Assembly: GCA_965217865.1 (NCBI GenBank) | Contig: CBDCJO010000002.1 | Location: 2,208,001-2,272,000, forward strand | Reading direction: 5' to 3' | DNA length: 64,000 bases | Source: Candidatus Latescibacterota bacterium | GTDB taxonomy: Bacteria; Latescibacterota; UBA2968; SICM01 | Shown: one piece after another, positions 30,057 through 38,271 of the stretch | Layout of the letters: each line of letters begins with the position of its first letter | How positions within the stretch are numbered: the first letter of the stretch is position 1 | Translations under genes and position numbers: made by a program | The notes under the pieces: model-generated | What the model was told of the DNA's origin: nothing | The model's input: the letters and a program-made list of their open reading frames with translations, nothing else | The model's database searches: none

Positions 30057-31218
30057 GTACTTACTTGCTAAAGAAGGCGTAATTAATTATATTCCTGACC
30101 ATAGATTGGCTCCCCCTGGATCACACCCTCTGAGGAGACCACCGCTATGGGCAGGATCGCACCGGTTATCGAACTCAGCGACAAGGATCGCGAAACGTTT
30201 TCAACGTGGACCCGCTCGGGCAAGGCCGAGCAACGACTGGTTTTACGAGCACGTATTGTTCTGTCTGCTGCGCGCGGCGGTCAAAACCGTGACATCGCGC
30301 GTGAACTCGGCACACGCGAAGCGACGGTCAGCAAGTGGCGGAGCCGCTTCCACCAGGTTGGACTGAAGGGACTACAGGACAAGCCACGTCCCGGCAAACC
30401 TTCTAAATACACCCCGTCCACCGAAAAGAGCATCCTGGCGGCCCTGGATAAGTCGCCGCCTAAGGGATACGCCACCTGGACGGGTCCGTTGCTTGCCGAA
30501 AAGCTGGGCATCTCCGAGCACTACGTCTGGCGTATCTTGCGCAAGCACCAGATCTCTCTGGCCAGACGCCGGAGCTGGTGTATCAGCACGGACCCCGAGT
30601 TTGTCCCAAAGGCCGCCGCCATCGTGGGCATGTACCTGGATCCGCCCGAGAACGCCGTAGTTCTTTGCGTAGACGAGAAGCCTGCAATCCAGGCGCTGGA
30701 ACGCGCCCAGGGATGGCTCAAACTGCCCAATGGCAAAGCCCTGACGGGCTTCAACCACGAGTATAAACGCAACGGTACGACCACCTTGTTCGCCGCCCTG
30801 AACGTGGCGACCGGTCTGGTCAAAACCGGTCACTTCAAGCGGCGCAGACGACGGCAGTTTCTGAGGTTTATGAACGAACTCGTAGTGGACTACCCGGATC
30901 AGGAAATTCACGTCATCCTGGACAACCTGAACACCCACAAGCCCAAGATCGACCGCTGGTTGCCGAAACACCCAAACGTCCATCTCTACTACACGCCCAC
31001 CCACGCTTCTTGGCTCAACGAAGTCGAGATCTGGTTCAGCATCCTATGGAAGAGAGCGCTCCGAAACGCCAGCTTTACATCGATCCAGCAGGTTCGTCAG
31101 GCCATCACCGAATTCACCGAAGTTTACAACGAAACCGCTCACCCTTTCGAGTGGAAAGCCACAGAAATCCGGGCGAAAACCCTCAAGAGTAAATACACTG
31201 ATTTATGCAATTAAGTAC
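30057..31218 (+). mobile_element. IS630-family insertion sequence, 1162 bp, apparently intact
   Basis: Terminal inverted repeats GTACTTACTTGC / GCAATTAAGTAC, flanked by duplicated TA in a CTAG context (30055-56 and 31219-20). Inward promoter TTGCTA-N17-TATATT at 30065-30093. Confidence 0.92.
30147..31214 (+). CDS. IS630 family transposase
   Basis: N-terminal HTH (RARIVL..A.G, WRSRF...GL.GL.D.PRPG); DDE motifs CVDEK, ILDNL, SWLNEVEIWF; HEYKRNGT. Confidence 0.96.
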   Translation: MGRIAPVIELSDKDRETFSTWTRSGKAEQRLVLRARIVLSAARGGQNRDIARELGTREATVSKWRSRFHQVGLKGLQDKPRPGKPSKYTPSTEKSILAALDKSPPKGYATWTGPLLAEKLGISEHYVWRILRKHQISLARRRSWCISTDPEFVPKAAAIVGMYLDPPENAVVLCVDEKPAIQALERAQGWLKLPNGKALTGFNHEYKRNGTTTLFAALNVATGLVKTGHFKRRRRRQFLRFMNELVVDYPDQEIHVILDNLNTHKPKIDRWLPKHPNVHLYYTPTHASWLNEVEIWFSILWKRALRNASFTSIQQVRQAITEFTEVYNETAHPFEWKATEIRAKTLKSKYTDLCN

Positions 31219-31315
31219 TAGTTTATTTTGAACTGGATAAATAAGGATCTTTGGGGGGGGTTGTGTTAAAAGTAATGAAAAATGCTTCTCGCAATCAAAC
31301 AGAAAATTCGACCTG

Positions 31316-31363
31316 ACAGCCTATATAGTGTGTTTATAATTATAAATATACAATATATTGTGT
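31316..31363. promoter_or_regulatory. Tandem NrdR-like boxes upstream of dnaA
   Basis: ACAGCCTATATAGTGT (31316-31331) and ATACAATATATTGTGT (31348-31363), 32 bp start to start; consensus acaCwAtATaTwGtgt. Confidence 0.7.
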
Positions 31364-31408
31364 TTTTGCTGTTCTGGTGGGTTTTTTTAAAAATCCGGAG
31401 AAATCCCC

Positions 31409-31437
31409 TTGACATTCTCCGTCCGTTTTTTTAGTTT
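31409..31437 (+). promoter_or_regulatory. Sigma70 promoter for dnaA
   Basis: TTGACA-N17-TAGTTT. Confidence 0.65.
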
Positions 31438-31723
31438 GTCCTCGGTTTAAATCCCCCGGGTTCCAAATCCCTCCCCCAAATCTACTTTTCTCCAATCAAG
31501 TTTCACCTCAAAGATCTTCCCCCCAGAGTCTTTGATATTATATTTCGTTTGAAGTCTCACAACGCAAGTTGCCTGCCATTTATTTATCTCCCCCAGGGCG
31601 ATTATCTGTTTTACCAGTATAGATTTACCGCTGTCTATTTGGTTTTGCTGTGCCCAAATGCCTACATCGGCGATTCCCATTCGAAATCGTTATCCTGAAA
31701 CTTCCAACTCAATAATTCAACAC

Positions 31724-33097
31724 ATGAGCACCAGAATAGCACCTCTTCCCAATCTTCCCTTGCTCTGGAATCAGTGCCTTGCTTCAATCGAGTCCAGGAT
31801 TCAAAGGCAGAGCTACAACACCTGGTTCAGGCCGACCCATCTTGTCGAATGCACTGCAGAAAACGCAGTCGTTCAAGTCCCGAGTAATTTTTTTGCCGAC
31901 TGGCTTGAAGAACACTATCTTGAATTGATCAAATCCATCCTTTCCGAACAAACCGGGAGAACTACAGATGTGAGTTTTTGCGTCACATCGAACCCTCCCA
32001 CTCCAGAACCCCCCCTGTTTTCCGACTCCCTAAGCGGAGGATCCATTTCTCCGACAGAAGCTGTTTTCCCTCTCAACTCAAGATATACCTTCGACACTTT
32101 TATTGTGGGAGAGAGCAATGAATTCGCCTATTCCGCCGCACTTGCAGTGGCAGAGTCTCCCGGGAAGACCAGTTTCAATCCTTTGGTGATTTACGGCGGG
32201 GTGGGATTGGGAAAAACTCACCTTTTACAGGCAATCGGCCATCATTGCGTCACGCAAAATGTGGTTCGGAAGGTCGTCTACATATCCTCCGAAAAGTTCG
32301 TTTCCGATTTTATCCAATCGATAAAAAACAAGGATTCGACACAGTTTGCAAGAACCTATCGCTCGGCTGATATCCTCCTTGTGGATGATGTACAATTTTT
32401 CCCCCAGAGCGAAAGCACTCAAAAAGCGTTCTTCCACACATTTAACACCCTTCATCAGAACAGGAAACAGATCGTCCTTTCATCAGACTGCCCTCCCAAC
32501 CGGTTAAAGGGGCTCGAAGAACGTCTTATTTCCCGTTTTTCATGGGGCCTTGCGACTGGCATCGATAGACCAGATCTTGAGACCCGAATCGCAATTCTCA
32601 AGAAGAAAAGCGAAATTGAGGGGATTTCTCTCGATGACGACATCGCCGGACTTATTGCCGCCTATGTCGACACCAACATTCGGGAATTAGAAGGGATTCT
32701 TACTCATATTATGGCCCACGCCTCATTGAGGAACGTATTTCTTAACCGCGATCTCGTTTTAAAGATCCTGGATCAAACGACCAACCACCCTACAAAAAAA
32801 TATCCTCCCATCGATCTGATCCAAAGGGTTGTGGCAAAAAATTTTTCGATTAGCGATGGTCTCCTTATAAGTAGAACCCGAAAACAAGAAGTCGCGATGG
32901 CCCGTCATGTGGCTATGTACCTCTGCCGAAAATTAACAAATTCTTCCCACGAAACAATCGGCCTTCACTTTGGCGGACGAGACCACAGCACGGTTGTCCA
33001 CGCCTATAAATCTGTGGCATCCCGGATGCAGAGGGAACCTTCATTCGCCGACCATCTCCACAGGTTGACCCGCGATGTCCAGGCCTCCCACTCCTGA
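31724..33097 (+). CDS. dnaA: Chromosomal replication initiator DnaA
   Basis: YTFDTFIVGESN, NPLVIYGGVGLGKTHL, LLVDDVQF, FFHTFN, RLISRF, NIRELEG, FGGRDHSTV. Start is ATG 31724 or 31658. Confidence 0.98.
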   Translation: MSTRIAPLPNLPLLWNQCLASIESRIQRQSYNTWFRPTHLVECTAENAVVQVPSNFFADWLEEHYLELIKSILSEQTGRTTDVSFCVTSNPPTPEPPLFSDSLSGGSISPTEAVFPLNSRYTFDTFIVGESNEFAYSAALAVAESPGKTSFNPLVIYGGVGLGKTHLLQAIGHHCVTQNVVRKVVYISSEKFVSDFIQSIKNKDSTQFARTYRSADILLVDDVQFFPQSESTQKAFFHTFNTLHQNRKQIVLSSDCPPNRLKGLEERLISRFSWGLATGIDRPDLETRIAILKKKSEIEGISLDDDIAGLIAAYVDTNIRELEGILTHIMAHASLRNVFLNRDLVLKILDQTTNHPTKKYPPIDLIQRVVAKNFSISDGLLISRTRKQEVAMARHVAMYLCRKLTNSSHETIGLHFGGRDHSTVVHAYKSVASRMQREPSFADHLHRLTRDVQASHS

Positions 33098-33450
33098 ATG
33101 ATCCATTTTTGATTGATCTTAACCTGTCCCCACCTTGTGAATATCCAAGACGGAACATGTCACCGAAGGAACGATATACTTATATTGTTCGGTTGATGAA
33201 CGGATATTCCCTTTTTTTAAACATACTCTTCACATTTCATTTTCCTCCTATAATTCTTTAACAACTGAAATCAACTTATCTTTCCGAACATTCTCCAAAC
33301 TTGTCAACTTATCAACGGTTATTATATTAGATATTATGTTCTTTCTAAAACATGAAACATGATAAAAATAAAAAAGATGATCATCTTCACGCGCGTAAAT
33401 TTTTGATGGTTGTTCGTTCTACAATTCGGCTTTTAAACAAAGAATTTATC
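33098..33450. other. Candidate replication origin oriC (dnaA-dnaN intergenic region)
   Basis: AT-rich gap with degenerate DnaA boxes (TGTGAATAT 33136, TTCTCCAAA 33291, TTGTCAACT 33301, TTATCAACG 33309) followed by a TTATTATATTAGATATTAT DUE/trio-like tract. Confidence 0.7.
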
Positions 33451-33479
33451 TTGACAAATTCGAGGAAAATCAGTATATT
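33451..33479 (+). promoter_or_regulatory. Sigma70 promoter for dnaN-recF-dciA
   Basis: TTGACA-N17-TATATT. Confidence 0.8.
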
Positions 33480-33528
33480 ACGATAGATTACATCCCCGAA
33501 CAATCCATCCTAATTTCCTGCATGTTTT

Positions 33529-34761
33529 ATGCTGTTTAATATCCAACAAAAAGATCTTTCCAGGGCACTCGATACGGTCTGGGATGTTGTGCCTTCGAAG
33601 ACTGCAATCCCTGTTCTTTCCCACCTGTTGATAGAGGCGTTTCCCCATAAAAACTCGGAACCGAATTCGGGTAAAATTACAATATCCGCGACCGACCTTG
33701 ATATTTCAATAACCACCAGTACATCAACTTCTGTTATTGAGGCTGGCCGAATCACTGTTCCAGCCCGGAAGTTTTTTGAGATTATCCGGGAGCTGCCCGA
33801 TGGAACTCTGGTGGTTTCGGGAAAAGATCATCAGGTAAAGATCAATCGTCCGGTGGGGGAACAGGACACTGCGTCCGAATCCTTTGATCCTGATGCGGAA
33901 ACGATGCTGCCTGGGCAAGGTGTTTATGTTCTGATGGGACTTCCGTCGGAAGACTATCCGGAACTTCCCGGGGATATCGAAGGCACCCTTATTCAATTTG
34001 GAGAGAACGGGGGGCCCGATGGAAACATCATCAAGGACATGATCTCCAAGACCTCGTTCGCGGTGTCTCGAGATGAAACCCGGCCTGTGCTAAATGGGGT
34101 GCTGTGTCTGGTGCGTCCGGAGGGGATCACGATGGTTGCGACAGATGGACATCGGTTGATCCGACACATCAAAGGCTTAGACCTCAAGGATTCGATGAAA
34201 GGTAAGGATCAAGCCGAAGCGATCGTCCCCCCCCGGGTGCTTCAGCATTTAGTTAAGTTGCTTTCCAGCCATTGCACTCTTAAACAGTGTGTGATCGGAA
34301 GCAATCACATCCTTTTTGATCTGGGTCAAACGCGATTGGTTTCGCGGCTTATCGAAGGGCCCTATGTTGATTATGAGCAGGTCATTCCCGGGGACAATAC
34401 CCAACGGATGATGATATCGAAAAGTGCGATTGCGCCATCGGTTCGAAGGGTATCGATTCTCTCTAATACCCAGACCCATCAGATCCGTATCGGTTTTCGT
34501 AAGCACGAAGTGGAGCTGTCCGCGGTTAGTCAGGAGGTGGGTGGAGAAGCAAGGGAATCGATCCGGGCGAATTATGATGGGAACCAGATGGACATTGGAT
34601 ACAACTCCGCTTATCTTCTCGACATACTCAAACGAATCGACTCCGAAGACGTCATATTCGATCTCAACACCCCCATCACGGCTGGAATCGTCAGGCCTGC
34701 CGAACAACCGGAAGGAGAAGATTATCTTTGTCTGCTCATGCCGTTGCGTCTTAGCGAATAA
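33529..34761 (+). CDS. dnaN: DNA polymerase III beta sliding clamp (with insertions)
   Basis: ATDLDISI, VPARKF, DYP, DETRPVLNGV, VATDGHRL, SRLIEGPYVDYEQVIP, IGYNSAYLLD, LLMPLRL. Confidence 0.97.
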   Translation: MLFNIQQKDLSRALDTVWDVVPSKTAIPVLSHLLIEAFPHKNSEPNSGKITISATDLDISITTSTSTSVIEAGRITVPARKFFEIIRELPDGTLVVSGKDHQVKINRPVGEQDTASESFDPDAETMLPGQGVYVLMGLPSEDYPELPGDIEGTLIQFGENGGPDGNIIKDMISKTSFAVSRDETRPVLNGVLCLVRPEGITMVATDGHRLIRHIKGLDLKDSMKGKDQAEAIVPPRVLQHLVKLLSSHCTLKQCVIGSNHILFDLGQTRLVSRLIEGPYVDYEQVIPGDNTQRMMISKSAIAPSVRRVSILSNTQTHQIRIGFRKHEVELSAVSQEVGGEARESIRANYDGNQMDIGYNSAYLLDILKRIDSEDVIFDLNTPITAGIVRPAEQPEGEDYLCLLMPLRLSE

Positions 34762-34766
34762 AAGAC

Positions 34767-35840
34767 ATGTTCATCGAGTCGCTGATGCTTCAGAATTTCC
34801 GTTGTTTCCGCGCGGAAAGCTTCCGGTTTTGTGAATCGAAGACGGTTATTAGCGGAGAAAATGGATGTGGAAAATCAAATCTTCTTGAATCGATCTTTTT
34901 CTTTGCCTCGGCCAAGTCGAACCGGGGTGCGCTTGAACGGGACATCGTACGGCACGGAACCGATCACTTTCAAATCCATTCCTCGATAAAGAAGGGATCG
35001 CAGTGTGTAATTATTCGGATCCTGTATGATCAGCAAGGAGGAAAGCGAGCGTATCTCAACGAAAATCCCCTTCCCCGCTTATCGGACTTACTCGGTACTT
35101 TTAATGCCGTCCTCTTCTCCCCTGAAGATGTCGACCTGGTTCTGAGGTATCCCCACGAAAGAAGGCGGATGCTTGACATCCTCGCTTCCCAGGCGAGTAA
35201 TTCCTACCTGTCCGACCTTAAGTTATACCAACGCAACCTTGCACAACGAAACAGTCTTCTCCGGAATGGGCTTTTTGGAGATAGCCTCGGCGTACAACTC
35301 GAACCGTGGAATATTCAACTTGCCGACGCTGGTGCCAGGATTATTCAATACCGAACAAAAACCATTGAAAACGTTGCGCCGATTGCCCAGAAGTTTTACA
35401 GCCGCCTGGCTCAAGACGGGGAAGTTCTGAGTGTTCGTTACCTGAGTCCCGCCGGGGGGGATTCAGTTGAAGAGACCCAGTCCCGTCTTCTTGAAGCGCT
35501 ACACGCACACGAGGAAAGGGAGAAAAAACTGGGATACACCCTTGTCGGACCACATAAAGATCAACTTTCGTTCGAAATAGATGGAAAGGATGTTCAAAGG
35601 CACGCATCGAAGGGGGAGCGGAAAAGCACGCTTCTTTCCTGGAAGCTTGCTGAGGCGGTGTTCCTGGAGTCTGTTGTCCAAGGCATGCCCGTTCTTCTGC
35701 TGGACGATATTTTCTCCGAACTGGATCGGCGCCGATCGGAGTGTCTTCTCGACCTTTTGGGCGGATTTGACCAGGTCATATTAACCACGGCCAGGGATCC
35801 CGATACAGCGCTTTCGGATTTCAAAAAAATTTCAATCTGA
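34767..35840 (+). CDS. recF: DNA replication/repair protein RecF
   Basis: LQNFR, GENGCGKSNLLE, VLFSPED, RRRMLD, QRN.LL, GPHKD, PVLLLDDIFSELD. Confidence 0.95.
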   Translation: MFIESLMLQNFRCFRAESFRFCESKTVISGENGCGKSNLLESIFFFASAKSNRGALERDIVRHGTDHFQIHSSIKKGSQCVIIRILYDQQGGKRAYLNENPLPRLSDLLGTFNAVLFSPEDVDLVLRYPHERRRMLDILASQASNSYLSDLKLYQRNLAQRNSLLRNGLFGDSLGVQLEPWNIQLADAGARIIQYRTKTIENVAPIAQKFYSRLAQDGEVLSVRYLSPAGGDSVEETQSRLLEALHAHEEREKKLGYTLVGPHKDQLSFEIDGKDVQRHASKGERKSTLLSWKLAEAVFLESVVQGMPVLLLDDIFSELDRRRSECLLDLLGGFDQVILTTARDPDTALSDFKKISI

Positions 35841-35854
35841 TTCCATCGATATTT

Positions 35855-36166
35855 ATGAATCGCAGGTTTCGACAAGGTTCCTCCGGGGGACCGGTTTCCA
35901 TCGGCAAAAGTCTCGATCGGCTGATCGAAGGGCTGGGGATCGGGACACAAATTCTTGAAAGACAGGCGATCCTTTTATGGGACGATGTTGTGGGGTATAG
36001 GATCGCACAGGCGACCCAACCCGAAAGGGTGCTTCGAGGAAATCTATACGTAAGAGTGAGGACGGCCACGTGGCGACACACCCTGATGTTTCACCGGGAT
36101 GAGATTCGGAGAAAGCTCAATCACCGACTGGGGAAGGAATTGATCAGGCAGATTCTGTTGAAATGA
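35855..36166 (+). CDS. DUF721 / DciA family protein
   Basis: W..VVG..IA..T.P......L.VRV....W...L motif in the canonical recF-gyrB position. Confidence 0.85.
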   Translation: MNRRFRQGSSGGPVSIGKSLDRLIEGLGIGTQILERQAILLWDDVVGYRIAQATQPERVLRGNLYVRVRTATWRHTLMFHRDEIRRKLNHRLGKELIRQILLK

Positions 36167-36261
36167 GTCCAAGCCGGTAGCAACCCGCCAATCTTGATTT
36201 CGAAAGGAGGGGCGCATTCCGCGGTTGTTTTTAAGCGAAGACAATTGCGCCGTATCGTTCT

Positions 36262-38202
36262 ATGGGAGATGAGGCTCAATCCGTGTCGGCAGATGTATAC
36301 AGTTCCGATAGTATCCAGGTCCTGAAAGGGTTGGAGGCCGTTCGGAAGCGGCCGGCGATGTACATCGCCAACACGGACAGTCGTGGTCTCCACCATCTTC
36401 TCAGGGAGATCGTCGACAACAGCGTCGACGAGGCGATGATGGGTGTCTGCGACCGGATTGAAGTCACTCTGAACGCGGAAGGGAGCGCAACCGTATTGGA
36501 CAACGGGCGAGGGGTCCCGGTTGACATCCACCCCGTCGAAAACAAACCGGGTGTAGAGGTCATTATGACCACCCTGCACGCGGGCGGGAAATTCGACAAG
36601 AAGACATACAAGGTTTCGGGGGGGCTCCACGGTGTCGGGGCATCCGTGGTCAACGCCTTATCCGAATGGTGCGAGGTGGAGGTCGGGAAGAAGGGGCGCG
36701 TATACTATCAGCGGTATGAGCGTGGGGTGCCCGAATGCGAGCTGAAGGAAATCGGCCGGAGAAAAGGGTCTGGTACCAAGACCACATTTAAACCGGATCC
36801 CGAAATTTTTGACTCAATCGAATTTCATTACGACACGGTCGCGGCATGGTTGCGGGAGTTGGCGTTTCTTAACAAAAACATTACGATCGTTTTTAACGAT
36901 AAACGATCAGGACAGTCAGAGACTTTTCACTATGAGGGAGGGCTGGTCTCGTTTGTCCAGTATCTGGACGAGGGGAGGGTTTCCTTTCACAAGCCGATAT
37001 TGATCTCCGGAGAAAAGGAGTCCATCTCGGTAGAGGCCGCCCTTCAGTATAACGACTCCTATACCGAGAACCTGTTTAGCTACGTGAACAATATCCATAC
37101 CCCCGAGGGGGGAACGCACCTGGTGGGATTTCGAACGGCCCTGACCCGGACCCTCAATTCCTACGCAGAACGGAACAATCTGTTCAAAAAAATTAAGTTC
37201 TCCCTCAGTGGCGAAGACATTCGGGAAGGGTTGACGACCGTTATCAGCCTGAAAGTACCGGAACCGCAATTTGAGGGGCAGACCAAGACAAAGCTGGGCA
37301 ACAGCAATGTTCGGGGGATCGTTGAATCCATCGTGGGGGAACGTCTGGGTGAATATTTTGAAGAGAACCCCTCGGTGGCCAAAAAAATCCTGGAAAAATC
37401 CATTGAAGCCGCAAGGGCTCGGGACGCGGCCCGGAAAGCCCGCGAACTGGTCCGGCGCAAGAGTCTTCTTGAGGGCGGGAACCTTCCGGGCAAGCTCATG
37501 GACTGTAGCATCAGCGATTCTGAAGTGACGGAGATCTTCCTGGTGGAGGGGGACTCCGCTGGAGGCTCTGCTTCCCAGGGGCGGGATCGAAAGTTCCAGG
37601 CCATCCTTCCCCTCTGGGGAAAACCGCTCAATGTGGAGAAGGCCCGGATCGACAAGGTGCTCGGAAACGACAAGCTTCAACCCTTGATCACCGCGCTCGG
37701 GGCGGGCATCGGAGAGGATTACGATGTCACCAAGCTGCGCTATGGAAAGGTGATCATTATGGCGGACGCGGATGTCGACGGGTCTCATATCCGGACCCTT
37801 ATCCTCACCTTCTTCTTCCGATATATGCGGCAGATGGTGGACGCGGAAAGGGTATACATCGCGCAGCCCCCCTTGTACCTTATCAAGCAGGGAAAGAAGG
37901 AGCAATATGCCTTCAGCGAGGAAGAGCGGGACAGCATCCTCAAGAGTCTGGGTGCGAACGGCGACGGCGGGAAGGGGACGATGGTCCAGCGATACAAAGG
38001 CCTGGGTGAGATGAACCCGGACCAACTCTGGAACACCACGATGGATCCTGAGAAGCGAACGCTCCTCCAGATATCGATCGATGATTCGGCGGAAGCCGAC
38101 CATATATTCGCCATGCTGATGGGAGACGAAGTCGCGCCGCGGAAGAAATTTATCGAAGAGCACGCCGGACAGGTCAGGGACTTGGATCTTCACGCGAGTT
38201 GA
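36262..38202 (+). CDS. gyrB: DNA gyrase subunit B
   Basis: GLEAVRKRPAMYI, EIVDNSVDE, DNGRG, HAGGKF, SGGLHGVG, VEGDSAGG, DADVDGSHI, RYKGLGEM. Confidence 0.98.
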   Translation: MGDEAQSVSADVYSSDSIQVLKGLEAVRKRPAMYIANTDSRGLHHLLREIVDNSVDEAMMGVCDRIEVTLNAEGSATVLDNGRGVPVDIHPVENKPGVEVIMTTLHAGGKFDKKTYKVSGGLHGVGASVVNALSEWCEVEVGKKGRVYYQRYERGVPECELKEIGRRKGSGTKTTFKPDPEIFDSIEFHYDTVAAWLRELAFLNKNITIVFNDKRSGQSETFHYEGGLVSFVQYLDEGRVSFHKPILISGEKESISVEAALQYNDSYTENLFSYVNNIHTPEGGTHLVGFRTALTRTLNSYAERNNLFKKIKFSLSGEDIREGLTTVISLKVPEPQFEGQTKTKLGNSNVRGIVESIVGERLGEYFEENPSVAKKILEKSIEAARARDAARKARELVRRKSLLEGGNLPGKLMDCSISDSEVTEIFLVEGDSAGGSASQGRDRKFQAILPLWGKPLNVEKARIDKVLGNDKLQPLITALGAGIGEDYDVTKLRYGKVIIMADADVDGSHIRTLILTFFFRYMRQMVDAERVYIAQPPLYLIKQGKKEQYAFSEEERDSILKSLGANGDGGKGTMVQRYKGLGEMNPDQLWNTTMDPEKRTLLQISIDDSAEADHIFAMLMGDEVAPRKKFIEEHAGQVRDLDLHAS

Positions 38203-38271
38203 AATGGGGGGGGCGATCCTCAGCCTCCGGACCGACAATCGAAATTTCCCCGATAAGGAGATCGCTCGGGT

